DNA of 48,960 nt from the NCBI GenBank assembly GCA_032718475.1, contig JAUCBJ010009061.1:1-48960 (forward strand). Reading direction: 5' to 3'. This document shows, piece by piece, positions 11,857 through 22,799 of the stretch (position 1 is the first letter of the stretch; the number at the start of each line of letters is the position of its first letter). Made by a program: the position numbers and the translations under genes. The notes under the pieces were generated by a model that saw only the letters and a program-made list of their open reading frames with translations, had not been told where the DNA came from and did no database searches. Source of the DNA: Nemertoderma westbladi (taxonomy: Eukaryota; Animalia; Xenacoelomorpha).

Positions 11857-13371
11857 AAATGGCCTGCAGCAGAAGCAAGTATATTCAACAATCGAATGCC
11901 CCAATCTCAGCTATTTTTCAACCAAATTTAAATATTTTTATATAGTTGGAATCCTTACATGGCCAGCTTTCCATTGCTTCCAACAAATCAATATAAGAAT
12001 AAAGAATAACTGAGGTATGACTGACGCTATATCGACGGAAACACTTTTTTCAAACGCTTGTAGCCAAAGAATGAAAGCAAAAATGAAACTTATGGCTCAC
12101 CCCCCAGCAAGGAGGAGGGAGGTAAAACTATCTCTGTTTCAAATTTCATGCAATCTCATTAAGATTAGTGGAAAAATTTGGGGGGGGGGGGGTGTTACCT
12201 GAATAACGATACTAGTAGCTGACCCCTGAGTCCATGGCTGACCCATGGACTCAGGGGTCAGCTCAGGTCAGGTCAGGTATTCTAGGTCATTGATCAAGAA
12301 AACTTGCCACCTCCATGCAGCATAAAGGAGGTGCCACCTGTAGCTGCATAGACCCTCTTACTAGGGCAAATCTGGTCCTGTAACTAGGACCCCCTTCGAT
12401 CTGGGATGAGGACGCCGTTGGTCCTGGATTAAGGACCCATATACTTGGTTGCAGGAGTATATGGCCTGGCCAGGCAGATGGTGATCTACCAATGGCTGGT
12501 CAGGAGTAGAGTGTTCTCATGTTCACTCTGAGTGCACTTCACTGCGACCTGCACCTGGCAGCAGAGGTACATGGCATGACCCAGCAGATGAGTTGCACAG
12601 CCAATGGTGGGTCATGTGCGCCAGTGTAGATATGGGTAATGGGCCTCATATCTGACTCCACTGCGATACCCACCCTGTGGAACGGCAAACCAGGGTGTGG
12701 TATTTGCCCCGAGAGCTGACTCGGCAAAAAAGCACCCCCCAACCCCCCACTATGGATTACATTAGTAATGCGGATGTCCGGCCACTAGAGGCCAGTGGAA
12801 TTACCGGACACAATCGGCCTCACAGGCGTCAGTTATCTCCTGACCGGATGCCTGTCTCACCCCCTACTGGAGAGAGAGAAGCCAACAATTCTTTGAGACC
12901 CTTTCCTGATGACCTTTCTGGCCCAAACCCCGGGTCACCAGGGAGGCCAGATTGTGAGGGGGGCTTACCCCTCACGTGAATTTTGCGTGACATACTTTAT
13001 GAACGCCCCCAAATGGCCTGCAAAAGAAGCAAATATATTCAACAATCGAATGCCCCAATCTCAGCTATTTCCCAACCAAATTTAAATATTTTTATATAGT
13101 TGGAATCCTTACATGGCCAGCTTTCCATTGCTTCCAACAAATCAATATAAGAATAAAGAATAACTGCAGTATGACTGACGCTATATCGACGGAAACACTT
13201 TTTTTCAAACGCTTGTAGCCAAAGAATGAAGGCAAAAATGAAACTTATGGCTCACCCCCCAGCAAGGAGGAGGGAGGTGAAACTATCTCTGTTTCAAATT
13301 TCATGCAATCTCATTAAGATTAGTGGAAAAATTTTTTTGGGGGGGGGGGGGGTACCTGAATAACGATACTA
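11826..13371 (+). repeat. ~390-bp direct duplication (11826-12213 and 12979-13371) flanking a ~760-bp GC-richer insert
   Basis: Near-identical sequence from tttgcgtgacatacttt to cctgaataacgatacta in both copies. Confidence 0.9.
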
Positions 13372-13377
13372 CTGTAG

Positions 13378-14221
13378 TAGTCCATGGGCCAGCCAGCATA
13401 GGGGATACTTTTTGGTAACCACCCGGAACTTATATTTTTGGGAAGACCTAGCTTCTGGCCATTCATTTTGATATGATAACAAATCTGAATCGGTAGCTGA
13501 CTTGGTGTTATCACCGGTTGTCATGGAAATGGTAAAACAACAAACATGCTGTAGTATTCTAATAACTCAATATATATTCATCGCATCTTTTGAAAAAGAT
13601 AGCTACTGGTCTAACAATTCTAAATGTGACATAAAATTCTGGAATATAATTATTGTTACCATGGGAACGCTGCTAAATTAAAACTGACATGTTTTAGAAA
13701 AATAGCTACCATTCGAGAACAATACCATTATTTTAAAAACAAATTACCACATTTTATTGAATATTAGTTTTGGAAAATTTTGGTATACTGAGAGCTAAAC
13801 CTGTTTTGTTATAACGGTGATATATGGTTCCAAAGATGTACCCATGTTTGAAATATTTTTATTTTTCATCATTTTAATCTCATTCTACTCTGTTTTAAAA
13901 TAATTACTTTAACAAATATTTATGCCAATAAAAAACAATCAAGATGTGACTACAAATCACTTTAAAATGACAAGTGACATCTAAATGGCATTTCAGACAA
14001 CACTCCTTCACAGGTTACCATGACTACCACTACAGATGCAATTGAAGATGACTCAGATATGACACAAACAAATGACTTGACACCTACCACAAAAGAGAGG
14101 TTAGTTCTTTTAGTATATTCCCTTCAATTTATATATTTATCATAATTTTTCCAAGATGATTTCTGCAAAGATGATTCCATCGATAATAACATTTTTCAAT
14201 ACTAAATCCTCTTTATTTAAT
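13378..14221 (+). repeat. Left long terminal inverted repeat (~845 bp)
   Basis: Reverse complement of 33624-34470 with scattered substitutions. The mirrored spurious ORFs 13320-13514(-) and 34334-34522(+) show the same match. Confidence 0.92.
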
Positions 14222-14681
14222 AATATATACATAATTATGTATGAACGTATTCTTAATTGGTATGCGAAAATAGAGTATTCCGAACAAATAGAGTATTCTT
14301 AGTTGAGTAGGTAATGTATGTGATACAATTACTGCTGTATTAGAAATCATCTTTATCATCTGAGGTGTCAAGTGCATCAGTTCATTCCAATTCCGCCTCC
14401 TTCCATTTGGTGCATTACTTGAATTTGTACAACTCAATGCAATGAAGTTTATTTTGTAGGCAGATGCGTTAGTGGTTTACATGACGTAGTACAATTTCAA
14501 TACAGCAGAGAGAGAGAGAGAGGATTGATGATGGAGCTGGAAGAACATGCATCCAATCAGGTATTATCATATCCTCCTCATCTAACAGACAGACCTACAG
14601 TATAATGGGAGAAGGTACATTGATGACAGATACTAAACTTTTTTCCAAATATACGCTTGGTAGTTGGCTTTGGATAGAATA

Positions 14682-14721
14682 TACTACTACTACTACTACT
14701 ACTAGGTCGAGCGAACTCGGA
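14682..14721 (-). mobile_element. Extremely 5'-truncated RTE LINE insertion (~20 bp of 3' end plus (TAG)n tail)
   Basis: (tac)n followed by taggtcgagcgaactcgga is the reverse complement of the LINE terminus at ~1578-1604. Confidence 0.8.
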
Positions 14722-14755
14722 TATAATATAGTAGGCAATATAGTAATATAGTCTA

Positions 14756-14855
14756 NNNNNNNNNNNNNNNNNNNNNNNNNNNNNNNNNNNNNNNNNNNNN
14801 NNNNNNNNNNNNNNNNNNNNNNNNNNNNNNNNNNNNNNNNNNNNNNNNNNNNNNN
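14756..14855. other. Assembly gap (100 N)
   Basis: Run of n. The round length suggests a gap of unknown size. Confidence 0.98.
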
Positions 14856-16273
14856 ATTTTAAGGATGTGTTCAAGGAGCTAGAGGTGGTTCACCTTATAA
14901 CAGTGGATGTAGAAAGTATGTATCCCTCAATAACATGGGAGTTGGGCGAAAAGGCAATATCCTACTGGTTAGATAAGCACCCGGAATGTTTAAACAAACG
15001 ATTTACCAAGGAGTTTGTATTGAAGGGGTTGGAAATTGTGCTGAACAACAATACAATGGAGTTCCAGGGGATGTATTATATACAAGTTAAAGGGACGGCT
15101 ATTGGAACTATATTGGCACCAACTTATTCAGATTTGGTAATGGGTTACTTGGAACAAAATAAATTTTATCCAGAGATAGAACGAAAATATGGAACGGCCG
15201 TTGCTAATTTTATTGAGAAAATGTGGACCAGATTTTTAGATGACGGTGAACTTGTGGTCGATGATGCCATCATTAAACCGAACCAAATACTGCAGATATT
15301 GAATACCATGTCACCGGGAATAAGTTTTACGATGGAAACAAGTCAAACGAGTATAAACTATTTAAATGTTACAATAAACCGCATTAATAATATTTTAGAA
15401 ACCGAAGTATTTTTCAAGCCAACAGATTCAAGGGAGTACCTTCCATTTTCGTCCTGCCATCCAAGACATGTAAAAATAAATATACCATACAATATGTCAC
15501 GTTTGCTGGCTACAATTATTGATAATAGAAGTATTCTGGAAACCAGGTTAATAGAGCTAAAAGAGTCACTGATACGATCAGGTTATCCGGAAGACCTTTG
15601 TGGTGACGCAGTGGAATGGGCGTTAACGTTGAACAAAACCACACTATTGAAAGAAAAAGTGAAATCGAGTACAAACATTCTGCCAATGGTTCTAAACTAC
15701 AATCCATTAAACCCACACGTGTTCCCTATGGTAAAAAATTGCATCGCTCAAATGTCTAAATCAAACTATCGTATTCGAACTGTTTTTGGGAATACCAAGG
15801 TGATTTGTAGTTACAGACGGGCGCCAACATTAAAGGATATATTTCACTCTGATCTTTTCTTGAAGGAGAACCCAGGAGTCAATAAATGCAACGTTAAAAA
15901 ATGCCAGACATGCGACCATATTGTGGAAACGAAAGAAGTACTTTTTAAGAGGGCAAGCTATGATATTCGAAAGAAAATGGACTGCACGGTTAAAAATGTG
16001 ATATACGTTTTAAATTGCAATGGATGCGGTGAGCAGTATATTGGGGAGACCATTGATTTGAGGCACAGAGTTTCACTGCACAAGTCACAGATTAAAAATG
16101 GACAGTATAGAAATTTGAAAGTATCGAAGCATATCTGGGAGTGTGCGGCTCATCTTGAGGTCCAATTTAATATAACTCCATTTCACAAAATGAGAATTGG
16201 CTCAACACCTGTAGCAAGGCGGATAAAGGAAGATTTCTTTATTAAAAGATATAAGCCCTCCCTCAACAGTTGA
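14856..16273 (+). CDS. Penelope RT/GIY-YIG protein, C-terminal part (5' end lost in the gap)
   Basis: Identical translation to the C-terminal 468 aa of ORF 17938-20199. Confidence 0.85.
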
Positions 16274-16464
16274 ATCTGGAACACAATGGAATGGAACAGT
16301 GAACCGCAAAGGAACTATAGAAATAGTAACATTAGTATCCCCCCCCCCCCCCCCCCCCGCCCTTCTTCGTCGCCTAATGATCAACTAACTCATATTGCCT
16401 AAACTGGTGTATTGCATAGTATATTACACATACTTTAGGCCCTCATTTACTATAATTCTATAAT

Positions 16465-16502
16465 TTGCCTGAAGATAACTTTAAGTTTGAAATGCATTGC
16501 AA
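16465..16502 (+). ncRNA. Minimal type I hammerhead ribozyme in the Penelope pseudo-LTR
   Basis: ttgc-CTGAAGA-t-aact-tta-agtt-t-GAAA-tgca-TT-gcaa: stem I ttgc/gcaa, CUGANGA core, stem II aact/agtt, GAAA, palindromic ATGCAT stem III, UH site. Confidence 0.85.
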
Positions 16503-16663
16503 TTTTTATAAATAATTTTAAATACAGTATTTTACCTCATATTTATTATTTTATTTATTTTATTTGCCATAATATTGTTTTAATTGGAAATTAAATATAT
16601 ATATAACTGAATCTGTGAATCATTTTATCTCAATTGCTGTTTATATTTACTGGATTCAAGGAG

Positions 16664-17896
16664 ATGTCTACATCTACGCAAACAATTACCGTTGATGGTG
16701 CTGAAAATGACAGCCTTTTAGCGCCTGTTTTCACCATTAGTGCGAATGGTACACCAACAACGGGAACGAGACCGATTCGATCAGTAAATCGAAAACGGAA
16801 GAATGCTACGGAGGTAGATGCAGGGGTTGAGGTTGTTTCTAAGAAACGATGCTCCCAGCAAGTAGTATCAGATGGAGTATTGGAAATTCTTCAACGCATG
16901 GAGAAGGAATTTAGTGAGATGAAGGAAGATTTCCGTGCACACAAAGCAGAATGTTGCAAACATTTTGCTGGAATTGAAACTAAGCTAGATGCACTGCAAG
17001 GAACAGTATTATCAATTTCAACGAAAACCGACACTATAAATAATGGCGTTTCAGAAACTACATCAACTACACCTATTGGTCTGGGAACCGTTGATGATGT
17101 GGCTAGCCCCACAATAACGAGCCAGAGCCAAAATGCCCCTACTCAAGAGTTGTCAGATGCCACGCTTAAAGGCCTTTTTCCAGAATGGCGTCAACAACTA
17201 CAGAAGAGACAAAAGTATTTTGGCACATCACATAAGAATTCAAGCAAAGCGAATATTTATAAGAATGAATACCTATCGCGGACACCTGTTTTCATTCCAA
17301 ATGCAATGAAACCTAAACCAATTGTTGGAGAACCGGAAAATGAGAAATCCATGCGGTTGAAAATCTGTGAAGATAATCTGGGTGTGGAAGCCAATCTACT
17401 TACCCTGAGGGCAAAAAATCAACGTGAAGTATACTTGCACATTGATGAAGAAATGACAAGGAAATTTGGCGGTGTCTTAGATCCATCCCACAAAAATCGA
17501 TTGTCAAAACTGTGGGCGACAGAGTGTGCCCGTGGTGAAGCTGACATAGTACTTGAATGGCACGACCATGAATGCTTTTTGATTGGATTGAGCTTAACTG
17601 ATGCTGTTGAAAACATTACGACATCCAATCAATCATATGCGGAGGTAGTGTTAAGCAATGTACAAAGCTCTACCCCGGCAGTTTCTACACTTAATAGTCA
17701 AGAATTGGCTAGTAGTGAGAACTCAGATTGGGTTACGCCTGCGCAAAGGCACACGATACCAAGAAGTCCCCGGTTACAAACTGAATTGGTGGCACAAAAT
17801 TCCGGTTCAACTGCGACATCTAACGCATTTAGTTGCTTGGAAATGGAAACTGACGAACCGTCTTTTACCCATGTGGTGTCCAGCATCCCGGACTGA
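16664..17896 (+). CDS. Penelope-associated upstream ORF (ORF1), ~410 aa, with a predicted coiled coil and a basic NLS-like motif; function unknown
   Basis: Uninterrupted ORF inside the repeat unit, between the pseudo-LTR and the RT ORF. First ATG at 16664. Basic motifs RKRK and KKR; heptad-like VLEILQRMEKEFSEMKEDF...IETKLDALQGTV. Confidence 0.75.
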   Translation: MSTSTQTITVDGAENDSLLAPVFTISANGTPTTGTRPIRSVNRKRKNATEVDAGVEVVSKKRCSQQVVSDGVLEILQRMEKEFSEMKEDFRAHKAECCKHFAGIETKLDALQGTVLSISTKTDTINNGVSETTSTTPIGLGTVDDVASPTITSQSQNAPTQELSDATLKGLFPEWRQQLQKRQKYFGTSHKNSSKANIYKNEYLSRTPVFIPNAMKPKPIVGEPENEKSMRLKICEDNLGVEANLLTLRAKNQREVYLHIDEEMTRKFGGVLDPSHKNRLSKLWATECARGEADIVLEWHDHECFLIGLSLTDAVENITTSNQSYAEVVLSNVQSSTPAVSTLNSQELASSENSDWVTPAQRHTIPRSPRLQTELVAQNSGSTATSNAFSCLEMETDEPSFTHVVSSIPD

Positions 17897-20199
17897 ATAT
17901 AAACTCAAAGGTAAATAAGAGAATCAAAATATTTAACTTGTCCAATAGGGTTTTAACGTTTGATGAAAAGTCAGTATTAAGCAAAGGATTAAAATATAGT
18001 CCAATACCGCGCCAAAACTTAGAGGACCTAGTTACTAACATTGAAGAATTTAGAAGAAAAGTTTTAATAACAGACTTTTTCCATAACCGATGTTTTAATG
18101 ACGAAAGCCTGGTAAAGTTGCCAAGCGATTTTAACCCAGAAAATTGCAGTTCGTGGGATCCGTCGCTGGGCACTAAGCAATTGTCTTCGATGCTGTCGCA
18201 ACTAGGGAAAGATGTAGGATCTGGGCAGTTCCAAACTGAACAAAAACCCGATAATTTGACAGGTGGTGAACGGAAAGCGATAGGTAATTTAAAAAACGAT
18301 GATAACATTATTGTTATTCCAGCTGATAAAGGCGGGGCGGTTGTAATTTTAGATAAAGATTTTTACGTTGAAAAAATGAATAATATTTTAAAAGATGAGT
18401 CAACATATAAAAAATTGGTGAAAAATGTGGACAATTTAGTAATATCAAAGGTGGCCAAATACTGTAAAAACTTTGGCAAAATGATGACCAATAACGAGAT
18501 ACATTATGTAGTAAACAGGGAGTTTGAAACTTCACGGGTCTATGGTTTACCAAAAATCCATAAATCAAAAGAAATAAAGAGTTGGGTGGAAGAGGTTTGC
18601 CAACCTGGTGAAATATTGCATTTACCATGCCCGGGGGATTTGAAATTCAGATGTATAGTTGGTGGCCCACATTGTCCGACAAAAGGGTTAAGCAACTTAT
18701 TAGATATTCTATTAAAACCATATCTGCAATTCATTGGGGCGCATGTAAAGGACACATTTGATTTTCTCCGAAAGTTTAGAAATTTTAAGGATGTGTTCAA
18801 GGAGCTAGAGGTGGTTCACCTTATAACAGTGGATGTAGAAAGTATGTATCCCTCAATAACATGGGAGTTGGGCGAAAAGGCAATATCCTACTGGTTAGAT
18901 AAGCACCCGGAATGTTTAAACAAACGATTTACCAAGGAGTTTGTATTGAAGGGGTTGGAAATTGTGCTGAACAACAATACAATGGAGTTCCAGGGGATGT
19001 ATTATATACAAGTTAAAGGGACGGCTATTGGAACTATATTGGCACCAACTTATTCAGATTTGGTAATGGGTTACTTGGAACAAAATAAATTTTATCCAGA
19101 GATAGAACGAAAATATGGAACGGCCGTTGCTAATTTTATTGAGAAAATGTGGACCAGATTTTTAGATGACGGTGAACTTGTGGTCGATGATGCCATCATT
19201 AAACCGAACCAAATACTGCAGATATTGAATACCATGTCACCGGGAATAAGTTTTACGATGGAAACAAGTCAAACGAGTATAAACTATTTAAATGTTACAA
19301 TAAACCGCATTAATAATATTTTAGAAACCGAAGTATTTTTCAAGCCAACAGATTCAAGGGAGTACCTTCCATTTTCGTCCTGCCATCCAAGACATGTAAA
19401 AATAAATATACCATACAATATGTCACGTTTGCTGGCTACAATTATTGATAATAGAAGTATTCTGGAAACCAGGTTAATAGAGCTAAAAGAGTCACTGATA
19501 CGATCAGGTTATCCGGAAGACCTTTGTGGTGACGCAGTGGAATGGGCGTTAACGTTGAACAAAACCACACTATTGAAAGAAAAAGTGAAATCGAGTACAA
19601 ACATTCTGCCAATGGTTCTAAACTACAATCCATTAAACCCACACGTGTTCCCTATGGTAAAAAATTGCATCGCTCAAATGTCTAAATCAAACTATCGTAT
19701 TCGAACTGTTTTTGGGAATACCAAGGTGATTTGTAGTTACAGACGGGCGCCAACATTAAAGGATATATTTCACTCTGATCTTTTCTTGAAGGAGAACCCA
19801 GGAGTCAATAAATGCAACGTTAAAAAATGCCAGACATGCGACCATATTGTGGAAACGAAAGAAGTACTTTTTAAGAGGGCAAGCTATGATATTCGAAAGA
19901 AAATGGACTGCACGGTTAAAAATGTGATATACGTTTTAAATTGCAATGGATGCGGTGAGCAGTATATTGGGGAGACCATTGATTTGAGGCACAGAGTTTC
20001 ACTGCACAAGTCACAGATTAAAAATGGACAGTATAGAAATTTGAAAGTATCGAAGCATATCTGGGAGTGTGCGGCTCATCTTGAGGTCCAATTTAATATA
20101 ACTCCATTTCACAAAATGAGAATTGGCTCAACACCTGTAGCAAGGCGGATAAAGGAAGATTTCTTTATTAAAAGATATAAGCCCTCCCTCAACAGTTGA
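17854..20199 (+). CDS. Penelope-like reverse transcriptase plus GIY-YIG endonuclease (open frame; true start unresolved)
   Basis: IFNLSNRVLT...LSKGLKYSP, PADKGGAVVILD, YGLPKIHK, DVESMYPSI, GTAIGTILAP, RFLDDG, YLPFSSCHP. Linker CxxxxCxxC. NVIYVLNCNGCGEQYIGET is the GIY-YIG motif. Confidence 0.92.
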   Translation, partial: RTVFYPCGVQHPGLNINSKVNKRIKIFNLSNRVLTFDEKSVLSKGLKYSPIPRQNLEDLVTNIEEFRRKVLITDFFHNRCFNDESLVKLPSDFNPENCSSWDPSLGTKQLSSMLSQLGKDVGSGQFQTEQKPDNLTGGERKAIGNLKNDDNIIVIPADKGGAVVILDKDFYVEKMNNILKDESTYKKLVKNVDNLVISKVAKYCKNFGKMMTNNEIHYVVNREFETSRVYGLPKIHKSKEIKSWVEEVCQPGEILHLPCPGDLKFRCIVGGPHCPTKGLSNLLDILLKPYLQFIGAHVKDTFDFLRKFRNFKDVFKELEVVHLITVDVESMYPSITWELGEKAISYWLDKHPECLNKRFTKEFVLKGLEIVLNNNTMEFQGMYYIQVKGTAIGTILAPTYSDLVMGYLEQNKFYPEIERKYGTAVANFIEKMWTRFLDDGELVVDDAIIKPNQILQILNTMSPGISFTMETSQTSINYLNVTINRINNILETEVFFKPTDSREYLPFSSCHPRHVKINIPYNMSRLLATIIDNRSILETRLIELKESLIRSGYPEDLCGDAVEWALTLNKTTLLKEKVKSSTNILPMVLNYNPLNPHVFPMVKNCIAQMSKSNYRIRTVFGNTKVICSYRRAPTLKDIFHSDLFLKENPGVNKCNVKKCQTCDHIVETKEVLFKRASYDIRKKMDCTVKNVIYVLNCNGCGEQYIGETIDLRHRVSLHKSQIKNGQYRNLKVSKHIWECAAHLEVQFNITPFHKMRIGSTPVARRIKEDFFIKRYKPSLNS

Positions 20200-20391
20200 A
20201 TCTGGAACACAATGGAATGGAACAGTGAACCGCAAAGGAACTATAGAAATAGTAACATTAGTATCCCCCCCCCCCCCCCCCCCCCGCCCTTCTTCGTCGC
20301 CTAATGATCAACTAACTCATATTGCCTAAACTGGTGTATTGCATAGTATATTACACATACTTTAGGCCCTCATTTACTATAATTCTATAAT

Positions 20392-20429
20392 TTGCCTGAA
20401 GATAACTTTAAGTTTGAAATGCATTGCAA
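20392..20429 (+). ncRNA. Minimal hammerhead ribozyme, second pseudo-LTR copy
   Basis: Identical to 16465-16502. Confidence 0.85.
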
Positions 20430-20532
20430 TTTTTATAAATAATTTTAAATACAGTATTTTACCTCATATTTATTATTTTATTTATTTTATTTGCCATAAT
20501 ATTGTTTTAATTGGAAATTAAATATATATAGT

Positions 20533-20690
20533 AGGTGTATAAACAATACTTACAAGGTGGCAGCAAGGTTGACTCGATTTCTCCACTTTTTGAGATTAAA
20601 AGACGATACTGAAGCACGTTCACGTCATTAATATCTGACCACCTGAGATATAATTGGCTTATAAAACTTTCTAAATCTCTAGATACGATT
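20533..20690 (-). pseudogene. Academ-like transposase remnant, left arm (continues at ~14670-14360 beyond the Penelope insertion)
   Basis: Minus strand reads LESFISQLYLRWSDINDVNVLQYRLLISKSGEIESTLLPPCKYCL. 14360-14670 is the diverged reverse complement of ~32320-32830. Confidence 0.65.
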
Positions 20691-20882
20691 CTGATAGTTG
20701 CCAATGTTCGCCAATGATGAATATTAACATGTGTTGGAAGGTTATTAATAATATAGACATAAGTGCAGAGGCAGGTTTCACTGAAAGGGATGGTGGGGGG
20801 GGGGGGGGTGTGTATCCAATAGCAAACGTCAAAGACTAGATCAAGTATGTGACATTCATATTCGAGATGATAATGAGGGTGT

Positions 20883-21125
20883 AAATGGACACAAATCAAT
20901 GCCATCATGACCTTCAACCAATTCAAATACATTACAAGGGATGAAAACGATGTCCTCCAGGTTTATCAAAAGTGTGGATCTCTAAGTAGAATAACGCATT
21001 GTAACATAAACACTATATCAGCTAATCTTGGACCTGACTTAAGCATAATACTTATTGCTTTACATGAATGTCAGAAGTTAAGGACGTGAACGAACTTCGG
21101 TGTCGTCTTTTCTGTTCAAAACAAG
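20883..21125 (+). pseudogene. Academ-like transposase remnant, right arm part 1 (continues at 32262 after the BEL insertion)
   Basis: VYQKCGSLSRITHCNINTISANLGPDLSIILIALH, then SEVKDVNELRCRLFCSKQ, which joins GEIESTLLPPCKYCL in frame once the LTR element and one TSD copy are removed. Confidence 0.65.
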
Positions 21126-22409
21126 TGTAAAAGCTTCTGTGGGATATAACTGGCCCTTTTGCTTCGCAATCCAGTTTCCCCCCAGGCGCTGGAATACTCT
21201 AAAAAAGGTTCTCTAACTATACATATATTCCCCTCGCCCGCAAGGTACCGTTACAGGTGTTTTAACGGACATAAAAGTCATTCTGCTATATACGTGTTTT
21301 AGCGGACATAGTAAGACAAAAAACCTGCAATGCACCAAATGCCTTTCACAGCTTGGCCGTGATGATTCCTATTACGACATCTAACAGCCGGTTGCTGACA
21401 TGGAAACAGCCATTGGACGCATGGTTCTTTGTTTGGCTTGAGCCAATCAGAGCGATTTTTCCTGTCAACGTGTAGCTTTTCGGCCGATCATAAGGAGAGT
21501 GTTCAGTCTTACTGTTTTTTCTTGATACTTTGTTGTTATTGCTGTCTAGGCCAGGAACAACGGCTCTAGAATCAATTCGTTTCATACTTTAGAAGAAACA
21601 TTAGTAGGCTTAAATTATAGATTATCGTTTCGATTCTGTTATCTGTTATCTGTTATCGATTCATATCAATGCATAACAATACTTTGTTCACATCTTGTCA
21701 TATCATATCTTAACTTACCGTCTTAATGCTGTTTACTGTTGTGTTTTGGTTGAATATTATTTGGAGAACATATATAAAGAACCCAAATTTCCCAATTTTC
21801 TTGATACCACTACAGGTTAGAGAGGCGGGTTATATATAGCGATTGCGACTTATATTGTTGTGGTTTGTAGTGAATTTAATGCTATTTGATAAGCACTACA
21901 TTGGTCCGTTGCTGTTCTCTTTATATATGATAAAATTCATTGACGGTCGGCAAATTAGTGTGCAGTATTGTGTGTTACCGGTAGTGTGCATGATTGTGAT
22001 TGATAACTAAGCATTTCCTAAAGAATGCGCCTCATACGTGAATCTTAAGCCTTACCGACTTACCGTTGTGATTAGTATAAGTCATATCTCGGTTTACTTA
22101 GATAGAGCGCCACGTCCTAAAGGAACTGTTAATATTTCCCGAAAGTAAATAATATTAGTCAGAAATTAATTATTAACGATCAATCGAATAATACAATACA
22201 GTAAGCTTCACTGCAATAATAATTTAAGCCCTCAGAATCCAGTCTCCCGGAAATATCCAGCGGGTGAATGGACGCGCACTAGGCTGGCTTCTGCTAATGT
22301 TGTGTTTATTGGTATTAAATATTTGTCATCTTCTAAAGTATATCTATAAACCAAAAGACATATAAATTTTGGCAGGTTAAACTGCTAAAGGTCTTCAAAA
22401 GCGCGTACA
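21126..22409 (+). repeat. 5' LTR (1284 bp)
   Basis: Direct repeat of 30993-32256; tgtaaaagc...gcgcgtaca. Confidence 0.95.
21443..21510 (+). promoter_or_regulatory. Possible LTR Pol II promoter (CCAAT box and TCAGT initiator)
   Basis: agCCAATcag at 21443 and TCAGTc at 21503. No clear TATA box; motif match only. Confidence 0.3.
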
Positions 22410-22475
22410 ATAACAGTCATTGACTTTATTGCAGTAAGCAATAAAGTTGAAAGTACCGGTCAACCAGTAAACCTG

Positions 22476-22601
22476 AACCGGTACTTCTGTAGGTCAGTAG
22501 GCCCAACTGCCAGAACCGGTACTGCTGTAGGTCCGTAGGTCCAACTGCCAGAACCGGTACTTCTGTAGGTCCGTAGGCCCAACTGTCCTAACCGGTACTT
22601 C
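22476..22601 (+). repeat. 38-bp tandem repeat, ~3.3 copies, in the BEL 5' leader
   Basis: Unit accggtacttctgtaggtc(a/c)gtaggcccaactgccaga. Confidence 0.9.
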
Positions 22602-22799
22602 CAGTACAAGTACATTAGTATTATTTCGATTGTGATCTATAGTATATTGTAGGCTACCAGGGGAATAGGGATTGATCACCCCTCATTCTTTTGTATAGTT
22701 TACTTATTTCTGTCAGTTTTATTTCCTAGTAAGTTAATATTGAGCTGAAGACGTGTAAGTCTGCTCAGATTGTTCAGATAATTGTAAGCCGGACTGTTG

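Larger units (their letters stand above)
14856..20530 (+). mobile_element. Penelope-like element (Naiad-type) in tandem: partial copy 14856-16603 plus the next unit to 20530, unit ~3.93 kb
   Basis: 14856-16603 repeats at 18782-20530 and appears identical except for poly-C length. RT plus GIY-YIG ORF, with the 3' non-coding part acting as a pseudo-LTR. Confidence 0.9.

Noticed and set aside
13320-13514. Small ORF mirrored at 34334-34522
   Set aside because: A consequence of the long inverted repeats; no coding evidence.
16370-16410. Second hammerhead upstream in the pseudo-LTR (cctaatga)
   Set aside because: The core reads CUAAUGA and there is no properly placed GAAA or stems.
20197-20300. 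Selenocysteine readthrough of the Penelope TGA, as reported for some Naiad elements
   Set aside because: The TGA follows the usual terminal PSLN motif, there are no internal in-frame TGAs, and I could not identify a SECIS.
21346-21585. 79-aa minus-strand ORF present twice (also 31213-31452)
   Set aside because: Duplicated only because it lies in the LTRs; no recognisable motif.
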